From contig CBDBIJ010000015.1 of the NCBI GenBank assembly GCA_965205655.1, positions 12,971 to 76,970 on the forward strand: 64,000 nt of DNA, in the 5' to 3' direction. Of this stretch, positions 50,805 to 59,511 are shown one piece after another. The DNA is from Candidatus Latescibacterota bacterium (lineage in GTDB: Bacteria; Latescibacterota; UBA2968; UBA8231). Numbering within the stretch: position 1 is the stretch's first letter; each line of letters opens with the position of its first letter. Below the pieces are notes generated by a model. That model made no database searches, had not been told where the DNA came from, and was given only the letters and a program-made list of their open reading frames with translations. The position numbers were made by a program, and so were the translations under genes.

Positions 50805-51332
50805 TTACTCGTCCCCATCAACCCCTTCGGGCGTTCGCTGCTTGACGACGACGCGGTTGCCGTGAACGGCCAGAACCTCCACCTGAGAGCCTGAGTTGAT
50901 GAAGTCCCCCTCGGTCACCACGTCGACGAAGCGCTCGCCGAATTGAGCCCGGCCGGCCGGCCGTAGGGGCGTTAGTGCGACACCCGTTTCCATTACCAGA
51001 GATTCCAACCCGAGGGGCGCCGAATCGAATCCCGAGGCGCGATCTGTCTGTTTGTCGAGCACGAGCCGTTGCCAGGCTCGATTGCGGATGAGCAGCCAGA
51101 TGAGAGCGGCGGTGCCGCTGACGCCGAGCAGTCCGGTAATGACCGCGGCTTCGGTCCCGAGTTTGACGTAGGCGAAGCCGACTCCAAGGCACACGGTAGC
51201 AAAGCCGATGACACCGAAAATATTGAATCCCGGAATGACGAAGATCTCGAGAAGGATGAGAACGAACCCCAGGATCAGCAGGCCGATCGCGTAGCCCCAC
51301 AGGAGCAGGTCAGCACTGAACGGCGTGCTCAC
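50805..51332 (-). CDS. NfeD-family protein (short form with OB-fold).
   Basis: Three TM helices plus a C-terminal NfeD beta-barrel. Its stop overlaps the upstream gene (ATGA). Confidence 0.75.
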   Translation of the reverse strand: MSTPFSADLLLWGYAIGLLILGFVLILLEIFVIPGFNIFGVIGFATVCLGVGFAYVKLGTEAAVITGLLGVSGTAALIWLLIRNRAWQRLVLDKQTDRASGFDSAPLGLESLVMETGVALTPLRPAGRAQFGERFVDVVTEGDFINSGSQVEVLAVHGNRVVVKQRTPEGVDGDE

Positions 51333-52810
51333 GACGGCCTCACCACGACGCGGCTGCCGCGGGCTTCGATCACCTTCACCGACGTTTGCTCGTCGATGAA
51401 TTCCCCTTCGGCGATAATGTCGACTCGCCGACCGTCGAACAGGCCGACGCCGACGGGTCTCAACTCGCTCAGCGTGACCCCCTCCTGCCCCACCAGATCG
51501 CTGTCGCGCTCAGTGGGCGCGGACACGTATCCTTCGTCGGCTGGAGTTCGACTGCCCAGAATGAGCCGGTTGAAGGCGGCGAGCCTGGGGAGCGATTTCA
51601 GCAAAATGACGGAGGCGACTATGGCGGCGATCATCGACAGAGCCAGCTGGCCCACGATCTGGGAAATCTCGTCGAGCCCCCAGAGACCCCACCATTCGGT
51701 CGAGGGCAGCCGGGTCAACAGCAGGCTCGCCAGCATGCAGAGAATGCCGGCCAGACCCACCAGTCCGAAGCCGGGTATGAAGGCGACCTCCGCGACCAGA
51801 AGGACGAGTCCGACGACAAAGAGGAGAAGCTCCTCCCATTCGGCGAGATGGATGACGAGGTGGCTGCCGAAGAACAGGGCCAGAGCGATAATCGCCATCG
51901 AGCCGCCGAGCCCCCATCCCGGAGTGCGCACTTCCGCGATGAGTCCAAAAATCGCCACCGACAACAGAATGGAGGTGACGATGGGGTTGGTGAGAAAACG
52001 CACCACCTGTTCGGCCCAGTTGATCCTCACCTCGACGATCTCCGCGTCCTGCAGGTCGTAGATCTCCAGCACTTCTTCGATCGTCTCCGCCGTTTCGTCG
52101 GCGATGCCGTAGTGAAGCGCTTCCGCCGTCGTCAGCGTCGCCGGCCTGCCGACCACCTCGCTGAAACCGGGTATATCGATGCTTTCGTCCACCATTGCCT
52201 CGGCGATTTCCGGATCGCGACCAGTGCGATTGGCCGTTCCTCGCATCGAGGCCTTCATCACCGAGACGATCTTCTCATCCGCCTTGTCGCCGCCTCCCGT
52301 CACCGGGGTGACAGCTCCGATCTCCGCCCCGCTCACCATGACGATCTGATCGCACGCCAACGAAATGAGGGCGCCCGCCGAAATCGCCTGCCGATTGATG
52401 AAGGCGATGGTGAGCGGTTCGGCGTCGAGGATGGCGTCCTTGATAACCGTCGCCGCATCCACTCTGCCGCCGAAGGTGTCGATCTCGAAGAGGATGGCGT
52501 CTACCTCGGCTTCGCTCGCATCCTGCACAGCGCGCTCGATAAAGGCCGTGATGCCGGGATCGATCATCTCGCCCTGCGTGCTCACCGTGTGAACCTTGAG
52601 CAGGTGAACGATCGGTTTCCCCGGCGCCGCGATCGGCTTCTCCGACGCTGGTCCGGGCTCGATCTGAGTCGGTGAGAGCTCCTCTCCGTCCGCCCCGGTG
52701 AGGGAGGTTGACGACCCGGCGGAGGTGTCGCCGAACGACGCCGGCGTCAGGAGCCAGAGCAGCGAGAAGAGCGTCGTCGCGGTGCTGCCGCCTCGAGCGA
52801 TCTTTATCAT
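51329..52810 (-). CDS. Membrane-bound ClpP-class serine protease (NfeD long form).
   Basis: Signal peptide, ClpP-like fold (ISAGALISLACDQIVMV), TM region and a C-terminal NfeD domain. Confidence 0.8.
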   Translation of the reverse strand: MIKIARGGSTATTLFSLLWLLTPASFGDTSAGSSTSLTGADGEELSPTQIEPGPASEKPIAAPGKPIVHLLKVHTVSTQGEMIDPGITAFIERAVQDASEAEVDAILFEIDTFGGRVDAATVIKDAILDAEPLTIAFINRQAISAGALISLACDQIVMVSGAEIGAVTPVTGGGDKADEKIVSVMKASMRGTANRTGRDPEIAEAMVDESIDIPGFSEVVGRPATLTTAEALHYGIADETAETIEEVLEIYDLQDAEIVEVRINWAEQVVRFLTNPIVTSILLSVAIFGLIAEVRTPGWGLGGSMAIIALALFFGSHLVIHLAEWEELLLFVVGLVLLVAEVAFIPGFGLVGLAGILCMLASLLLTRLPSTEWWGLWGLDEISQIVGQLALSMIAAIVASVILLKSLPRLAAFNRLILGSRTPADEGYVSAPTERDSDLVGQEGVTLSELRPVGVGLFDGRRVDIIAEGEFIDEQTSVKVIEARGSRVVVRPS

Positions 52811-53042
52811 AAGCTGTTGTTTTGTCAGGGCAATCGAGTCTCGAACTGTTAGATTGTATCTTGCCTGTCAGCCATTGTCAACGCTCCAATGCAGACGGCG
52901 AAAATGGAGCGCGGCTGCCGTCGGACTTCATTGACCATGCCAGAGGTCGCCGCTACATTGTGACTGCCACTTCAGCGGGCGACGACGTCAGTCCGACAGC
53001 ACCGCGTGTCCTTCTCCGCACTCCTTCTCACACACTATCTCG

Positions 53043-54068
53043 TTGACAAGCGCAGCAGTGACGATTCGGGCCCACCGGTGGCCTCTCGCGGTGTCATGTG
53101 TCCTCTGCGTTGCCTGGTTGGGCAGCCGTCCACTCGACCTCGACGAGGCGATCGTTCTTACACGATCCAATCTCGGCGTTGGCGATCTCATCCTGACGCC
53201 CTACAGCCCGCTCTACCTCGTCCTTCTCAACCTCTGGAGCCGGGTCGCCGACGATCCACTCTGGCTACGGCTACTGGGTGTCGTTCTCGGCTTTGCCGGA
53301 CTGTTTCTGTGTCCTCGCGTGCTGCGGGGTCTGGGCGGCACGCACGCGGAAGGTGGCGCCGTGTGGCTGCTGGCCTGTTCACCGTTCTTCGTCGACCAGC
53401 TGCGCACTGTGTCTCCGGCGCAGCTCGCCCTGCTGATGGTCCTTTTGTCCTATCTCTGTTTCTTCGAATACGTCAGAGCGGGACAGCGGAGGTGGCTTGC
53501 CGGGTGGATGGTGTCTGCTCTTCTCGCCGTTCTCGTTCATGGCGGCCTCTACTGCGTCGTCATTGTTCAATGCCTCGCCATGGCCTTCTATCGCCACCGT
53601 CTGTCCACCCGTCAGCGAAGCTGGTGGCTGGCTCAGATCGCACCCCTCATTCTGTTCGGAGCGCTCTTTGGCACCCAGTTCAACCGCTTCATCGCCCACC
53701 GACTCTCTCAGGTGAATCAGGTTTCCGCGGTGAGCGATCAGTGGTCGCGGCTGGCCACGGTGCTGCCGCTCCCGTGGTCCGCCGTGGGTGGCATCGTCGT
53801 TCTCCTCCTGATTCTGTCTGGGCTGCGCTCCTACCGCGATTGGCGCCGCGATACGCGGCATGGCCTCCTCATCCTGGGACTTGCTGTGCCGTCGGCGATC
53901 TGGCTGTTGTGGTTGCCACACGACTTCTACGCGCTTGCCGCCCTTCCGTGCCTGGCCACGATCGGCTCCATGGGAATCCGCTCCTACCCCCGCTGGGGGC
54001 GCCAGCTTCTCTGCGTAGCCGTCATCGTCATTTACGGCTGGAGCCACTGGCATTCGCTGCCATATTGA
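53043..54068 (+). CDS. Polytopic membrane protein (glycosyltransferase-39 / ArnT-like fold possible).
   Basis: About 9 TM helices. The overlapping 683-aa track ORF in another frame is coding-like only from 54080 onward. Confidence 0.5.
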   Translation: MTSAAVTIRAHRWPLAVSCVLCVAWLGSRPLDLDEAIVLTRSNLGVGDLILTPYSPLYLVLLNLWSRVADDPLWLRLLGVVLGFAGLFLCPRVLRGLGGTHAEGGAVWLLACSPFFVDQLRTVSPAQLALLMVLLSYLCFFEYVRAGQRRWLAGWMVSALLAVLVHGGLYCVVIVQCLAMAFYRHRLSTRQRSWWLAQIAPLILFGALFGTQFNRFIAHRLSQVNQVSAVSDQWSRLATVLPLPWSAVGGIVVLLLILSGLRSYRDWRRDTRHGLLILGLAVPSAIWLLWLPHDFYALAALPCLATIGSMGIRSYPRWGRQLLCVAVIVIYGWSHWHSLPY

Positions 54069-54079
54069 CGGCGTCGGCC

Positions 54080-55057
54080 ATGTCAATCCGTTGGGGAATC
54101 ATCGGCTGTGGCGATGTGACGGAGGTCAAGAGCGGCCCCGCTTTCTACAAGGCGGAAGGCTCTCGACTCGTCGCCGTGATGCGCCGCGACGAAGAAAAAT
54201 CCCGCGACTATGCCCGGCGGCACGGTGTGCCAAAGTGGTACGCCGACGCCGATCAGCTCATCGGCGACCCCGAAGTAGATGCCGTCTACGTAGCCACGCC
54301 GCCCGATACACACGCGGAGTACACCGTGCGCGCCGCCCGCGCCGGCAAGCCGGTCTATGTCGAAAAGCCGATGGCGAGCAGCTACAGCGAGTGCGAGAAG
54401 ATGATCTCCAGTTGCGACGATGCCGGCGTCCCCCTCTTCGTCGCCTACTACCGACGGCGTTTGCCGGTTTTCCTGAAGGCCGAGGAGTTGTTGCGCGCCG
54501 GGGCAATCGGCGATGTCCGCTTCGCCACTGTCGAGCTCGTCGCACCACCTGGCGACCAGGATCGCAACACTGAGGCGCGGCGCTGGCGCCTCATTCCCGA
54601 GGCCGCCGGCAATGGGTACTTCTTCGACCTGGGTTCGCATCAGCTCGATCTGCTCGACTACCTCCTCGGTCCCATCAGCGAGGCGGAGGGCACGGCGACG
54701 AATCAAGCCGGCTGGTACGAAGCCGCCGACGTCGTCTGTGCCAGCTTTCGCTTTGAGTCCGGCGCAGTGGGGAGCGGCATGTGGTGTTTCAACGCCTACG
54801 GCCGCAGCCGCACCGATCGCACCCAGATCGTCGGCAGTCGCGGCAAGCTCGTATACTCTACCTTCGACCTCGAGGCGCCGTTGGCGCTCCATACCGATGA
54901 CGGCGACGAGACCTTCGATCTACCACCGCCCGAACATGTTCAGCAGCCGCTGATCCAGTCGATGATCGACGAGCTACTGGGCCGCGGCCGCTGTCCAAGT
55001 ACGGGGGAATCCGCCGCGCGCACGAGCCGCGTCCTCGATTTGGTCGCGGGCGTTTGA
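54080..55057 (+). CDS. Gfo/Idh/MocA-family oxidoreductase.
   Basis: MSIRWGIIGCGDV (Rossmann GxGxxG) and conserved EKP in VYVEKPMA. Confidence 0.85.
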   Translation: MSIRWGIIGCGDVTEVKSGPAFYKAEGSRLVAVMRRDEEKSRDYARRHGVPKWYADADQLIGDPEVDAVYVATPPDTHAEYTVRAARAGKPVYVEKPMASSYSECEKMISSCDDAGVPLFVAYYRRRLPVFLKAEELLRAGAIGDVRFATVELVAPPGDQDRNTEARRWRLIPEAAGNGYFFDLGSHQLDLLDYLLGPISEAEGTATNQAGWYEAADVVCASFRFESGAVGSGMWCFNAYGRSRTDRTQIVGSRGKLVYSTFDLEAPLALHTDDGDETFDLPPPEHVQQPLIQSMIDELLGRGRCPSTGESAARTSRVLDLVAGV

Positions 55058-58000
55058 TGCCAGACGCCGCCGACAGTGCGACGACCTTCGACGATGTCGA
55101 AACGCTGCTGGAGGAGTGCATGCTCTGCGACCGCGTGGCGTTCGAGCGCCGTCTGCGAAATCTGAGAAAAGGGCGGCGGAGAGGCGCACCTGCGGCGGAG
55201 CTCGAACGGCTCCTGCTCAAAGCGCAGGACTCGCGCGACCGACGGCGCCGACGGCACTCGCTCGTGCCGCCGATCACCTACCCCGATTCTCTTCCGATCA
55301 CCGCCAGAAAGGACGAGATCCTCCAAAGCTTCAAGGAGCACCCGGTCGTCATCGTCGCCGGTGACACCGGCTCTGGCAAATCGACGCAGATACCGAAAAT
55401 GTGCCTGGAGGCCGGCCGCGGGGTGGCGGCGCAGATCGCCTGTACTCAGCCGCGACGAGTCGCTGCAACCGCTCTGTCGAGACGCCTGGCCGACGAGCTC
55501 GGCGTGGGCTGGGGCGCCGAGGTGGGATGCAAGATCCGCTTTCGCGACCACACGTCGCCGGACACGCTCGTGAAAATGGTGACCGACGGCATGCTAGTGG
55601 CAGAAATCCGGGGCGACCCCGACCTCTATCGGTACGATACCGTGATCGTCGATGAGGCCCACGAGCGTTCCCTCAACATCGACTACCTCCTCGGTTACCT
55701 GCGGGTCCTTCGGCGGCGCCGACCCGACTTGAAGGTCATCATCACCTCTGCCACCATCGACACGGAGAAATTCTCGAGCGCCTTCGACGGTGCTCCCGTC
55801 ATCGAGATAAGCGGCCGCATGTACCCGGTGGAGGTGCGGCACCTGCCGCTGGATGAACTCCTTCATGAAGACGAGGATCTCTCGTACGTCGATGCCGCGG
55901 TGCGGGCCGTCGTCGACCTGCTGTCAGAATCACGTGACGGCGACGTGCTCCTGTTCATGCCCGGAGAGCGCGATATCCGCGAGTGTCGGGATCTTCTCGA
56001 AGCCCGCCGACTCGCAGATGTGGAAATCCTCGCCCTGTTTTCACGCCTCACGAGCGCTGAGCAGCAACGGGTGTTCAATCCAGGGAGCGCGCGGCGCGTC
56101 ATCGTATCCACGAACGTGGCAGAGACCTCGATAACGATTCCGAGAATTCGCTTCGTCGTGGATACGGGTCTCGCTCGCCTTAACCGCTTCAACCCTCGAA
56201 CCCAGACGCAGCGACTGCCGATCGAGGCGATCTCTCAGAGCAGCGCGGAGCAGCGCGCAGGCCGCTGTGGCCGCGTCCAGGATGGGGTGTGCGTCCGTCT
56301 GTATGGAGAAGAGGACTTCCAATCGAGACCCAGGTACACCCAACCGGAAATCCAGCGCTCGGATCTGGCCGAGGTCATTCTCCGCATGCGGGATCTGAAT
56401 CTCGGCGAGGCGGAGCGCTTCCCCTTCGTCGACCCCCCTTCACCACAGGCGATAAAGGCCGGCTATCAGTCGCTCCAGGAATTGGGTGCCCTCGACGCTC
56501 AACGGCGGCTGACTGCGCTCGGCCGCGACATGGCCCGGTTGCCGATCGCTCCCACCGTGTCGCGCATGATCCTACAAGCCAAGCAGGAGAACGCCCTGCG
56601 CGAGGTCGTCGTCATCGCTGCTGCGATCAGCATTCAGGATCCTCGAGAGCGGCCTCTCGAGCAGCAGGAGGAGGCAGACCGCTCCCACCGACAGCTCGCT
56701 CATCCCGAGTCGGATTTCCTGACGCTGCTGCGCATCTGGGATACCTACCACGAGCGCCTGGGCCAGCTCAGGACGCAGAATAAGATGCGGCGCTTTTGTC
56801 GCGAGCACTTTCTCTCCTTTGTGCGCATGCGCGAATGGCGTGATATCCACGAACAACTCGGTGAAGCGCTGCGGGAGCCCCGCACATTCAAAGTGCACCG
56901 GCGCCAGGCGGAGTCACCGGCCTCGTACGACGCCGTGCATCGATCGATCGTCGCCGGCCTGCTCGGCAATGTGGCCCGCAAGAAGGAGCACAATCTCTAC
57001 CGTGCCGCCCGCAACCGCGACGTGATGCTGTTTCCCGGATCCGGATTGTTTCAGAGAAAGGCAAGCTCCGCCAGGAAGGACGCGGCTGCGGGGAGCCAGA
57101 CTGTCTCTGGAGATGTGTCGCTGGTCGAAGACAGCCAGGGCGGTGCTCCGTCGTGGATCGTCGCCTCCGAGATGGTGGAGACGTCGAGGCTGTTCGCCCG
57201 TTGCGCGGCGCGCGTCGACCCCACCTGGTTGCTTGAGCTCGGATCGCATCTGTGTCGATCCTCCTATCGCGATCCCTACTGGAATCGGCGCTCCGGCCGG
57301 GTCCTGGTGCGTGAGACCGTGCGCCTACACGGCCTCGAGTTGACGACCCGGGAGATTCCCTATGGTCGCGTCGATTCGACTGCGGCCACCGAGATGTTCA
57401 TCCGCGACGCCCTTGCAGCAGACGACGTCGACACACCTCACCGCTTCCTGAAACACAACCGAGATCTTCGAGAGCGCATCGAGACCTGGCAGACGAGGAT
57501 GCGGCGCCGGGACGGCATCGATCTCGAGGGTGCCGCTGTCGATTTCTACACCCGGCGCCTGACTGATGTCTCGTCCGTGCACGACCTGAACCGGATCATT
57601 CGCCAGCGGCAGGATGGTGGTGATCAATTTCTCCACATGGTCGAAGCAGATTTGCTCGGAGACAGGGATTTGTCTGTAGACCGCAAGTCCTTCCCCGATT
57701 TTTTGAGTTTGGATGGAAACCAAGTAGAGCTGGCCTACGCCTATCGGCCGGGAGAGGACGAAGACGGTGTAACGATCAGGCTCACCCACTCACAGCTGAA
57801 CACCGTGCATCCGGAAATCCTCGAGTGGCTCGTCCCCGGTTTATTCGAGGAGAAGATCACCTGCCTGTTGCGCACGCTGCCAAAGGGGATTCGCAAGTCG
57901 CTCGTGCCGATTCCACAGACCGCCAGGGCAATTGCCTGCGAACTCGAGCCGACTCACCCGTCGTTCATCGAGTGCCTCGAAGAGTTTATGCGCCGCCGCT

Positions 58001-59040
58001 ACCGCGTCGACATCCGTCGCTCGGATTGGAGGCCCGACGATTTGCCGCACCACCTGCGAATGCGTGTAGAGGTATGCGACGACGGTGGAAACGTGGTGAT
58101 TGCCGGTCGTGACCTGACTGAAATCTGCCGCCGCCTCGAGCGTCACGACACGCCTGCTGAGGTCGAGGCCTGGAAGCGGCAATCGGATGAATTCAGCCGC
58201 GACGCTCTCACCGATTGGAGCATCGACGATCTGCCTGAGCGCGTCGAGGTCACTCGAGTCTCTGGGGTTCCTCTCTTCGGGTATCCCGGACTTGAGCGGC
58301 ACGACGCCGGCGCGGGCTTGAGACTCTTCAAGACGCGCACCGAAGCGGAGGCCGCGAGCCGCGGTGGCTTCGTGAGGCTGTTCGAATCGGTCCTCAAACC
58401 GGATTTGGTCTGGTTGCGAGCTGAACTCGAGGCGCTTCGACGACTCGGGGACCTCTACTCGCCAGCCAGGGACCAGCTCGCAGCGGACGCCTACGAGAGT
58501 GTCGTCACGCACCTGTTCGCGACCGATCCCGTTCTGCCGCTGACCCGGCGCAGTTTCGAGGGCCGGCGGCAGCGCGCCCTCATGGAACTGCCAGCTCTCA
58601 GCTCCGCCTGCACCGATGTCGTCAGCGGGCTGCTGGAAACTCGCCTGGACATTCTCGCGTGCGAAAACTCATACGCAGAGCTGGCAGACGATCTCCAGCG
58701 CCTGCTCCCGGACCGGTTTCTCAGAGTCGTCCCGTTCGAGCGGCTCGGCGATCTGGCGCGCTTTCTCAAGGCCGTGCTCATCCGCGCCGAGCGTTCGCGA
58801 CTCGACCCGTCGAAGGACGTCTCGAAAGCCGAACAGGTGAGCGTCTATGCCGACCGACTGCATGAGCTGCTGGGCGAGGAGCTGGTCGTCGGCTCGCGTC
58901 GCCGTCAGCTCATCGATGAGTTTGGCTGGCTCCTGGAAGAGTGGCGCGTCTCCGTCTTTGCACAGGAACTCGGCACGCCGCAACCTGTCTCGCCAAACCG
59001 GCTGGAGGCGAAACTGAGAGAAATAGAAAGCTCTGAGTAA
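55054..59040 (+). CDS. hrpA: ATP-dependent RNA helicase HrpA (DEAH-box).
   Basis: GDTGSGKST (motif I), IVDEAHERS (DEAH), HA2/OB domains and an HrpA-specific C-terminal extension; 1328 aa. Confidence 0.9.
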   Translation: MMPDAADSATTFDDVETLLEECMLCDRVAFERRLRNLRKGRRRGAPAAELERLLLKAQDSRDRRRRRHSLVPPITYPDSLPITARKDEILQSFKEHPVVIVAGDTGSGKSTQIPKMCLEAGRGVAAQIACTQPRRVAATALSRRLADELGVGWGAEVGCKIRFRDHTSPDTLVKMVTDGMLVAEIRGDPDLYRYDTVIVDEAHERSLNIDYLLGYLRVLRRRRPDLKVIITSATIDTEKFSSAFDGAPVIEISGRMYPVEVRHLPLDELLHEDEDLSYVDAAVRAVVDLLSESRDGDVLLFMPGERDIRECRDLLEARRLADVEILALFSRLTSAEQQRVFNPGSARRVIVSTNVAETSITIPRIRFVVDTGLARLNRFNPRTQTQRLPIEAISQSSAEQRAGRCGRVQDGVCVRLYGEEDFQSRPRYTQPEIQRSDLAEVILRMRDLNLGEAERFPFVDPPSPQAIKAGYQSLQELGALDAQRRLTALGRDMARLPIAPTVSRMILQAKQENALREVVVIAAAISIQDPRERPLEQQEEADRSHRQLAHPESDFLTLLRIWDTYHERLGQLRTQNKMRRFCREHFLSFVRMREWRDIHEQLGEALREPRTFKVHRRQAESPASYDAVHRSIVAGLLGNVARKKEHNLYRAARNRDVMLFPGSGLFQRKASSARKDAAAGSQTVSGDVSLVEDSQGGAPSWIVASEMVETSRLFARCAARVDPTWLLELGSHLCRSSYRDPYWNRRSGRVLVRETVRLHGLELTTREIPYGRVDSTAATEMFIRDALAADDVDTPHRFLKHNRDLRERIETWQTRMRRRDGIDLEGAAVDFYTRRLTDVSSVHDLNRIIRQRQDGGDQFLHMVEADLLGDRDLSVDRKSFPDFLSLDGNQVELAYAYRPGEDEDGVTIRLTHSQLNTVHPEILEWLVPGLFEEKITCLLRTLPKGIRKSLVPIPQTARAIACELEPTHPSFIECLEEFMRRRYRVDIRRSDWRPDDLPHHLRMRVEVCDDGGNVVIAGRDLTEICRRLERHDTPAEVEAWKRQSDEFSRDALTDWSIDDLPERVEVTRVSGVPLFGYPGLERHDAGAGLRLFKTRTEAEAASRGGFVRLFESVLKPDLVWLRAELEALRRLGDLYSPARDQLAADAYESVVTHLFATDPVLPLTRRSFEGRRQRALMELPALSSACTDVVSGLLETRLDILACENSYAELADDLQRLLPDRFLRVVPFERLGDLARFLKAVLIRAERSRLDPSKDVSKAEQVSVYADRLHELLGEELVVGSRRRQLIDEFGWLLEEWRVSVFAQELGTPQPVSPNRLEAKLREIESSE

Positions 59041-59175
59041 ATGGTGTTCGCCAACCCGTTGAAGAGAGTGAAAAACCTTGATTAATTGCGGAGGTGTCGT
59101 ATCTTGGTACTTGGCTGGGTGTGCAATATTTGCGTTGGAGCCGCGCCTATAGGTTCTGAGTCCGCAAGGAGAGCG

Positions 59176-59346
59176 ATGGAAGCTGTATTCATGATCGCCG
59201 CACTGGTGTTTATCTTTGCCGTCGTCGTGGCAAAGGTTATGACGACCGGGCTTCTGGGGCGCATGAACGCCAGATCAGCCAGGTGGCCTCGATCAAGCAG
59301 GAGGCACTCAATCGGCTCAAGACAGCCAAGGGCCAGAAGGGTGTGA
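59176..59346 (+). CDS. Small membrane protein (57 aa as written). It possibly continues in another frame into a K-rich region ending at 59486.
   Basis: Strong Shine-Dalgarno (AAGGAG) 6 nt upstream. TM helix MEAVFMIAALVFIFAVVVAKV. The downstream frame 59283..59486 (QVASIKQEALNRLKTAKGQKG...) is coding-like and open upstream. Confidence 0.3.
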   Translation: MEAVFMIAALVFIFAVVVAKVMTTGLLGRMNARSARWPRSSRRHSIGSRQPRARRV

Positions 59347-59511
59347 TCGAGAAAAATAAGATCATACTCGAGAAGAAGAAGACGAAAGTGACCAAGCAGA
59401 TCGGTCGCCTGAAAAAAGAGATGGCCGGGTTCAAGGAAGAAGAGCAGGCCCGCCGTCAGCGTTCCGAGGCCCGCCGGGTGGTCTGAGCGCTCGCCATTTC
59501 TTCCCCTCGCA

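Noticed and set aside
53006-55057. The 683-aa ORF suggesting a fusion of a membrane domain with the Gfo/Idh/MocA oxidoreductase.
   Set aside because: Its first 350 aa are Arg/Pro-rich out-of-frame text overlapping the real membrane-protein gene at 53043..54068. Conserved oxidoreductase sequence begins at the ATG at 54080.
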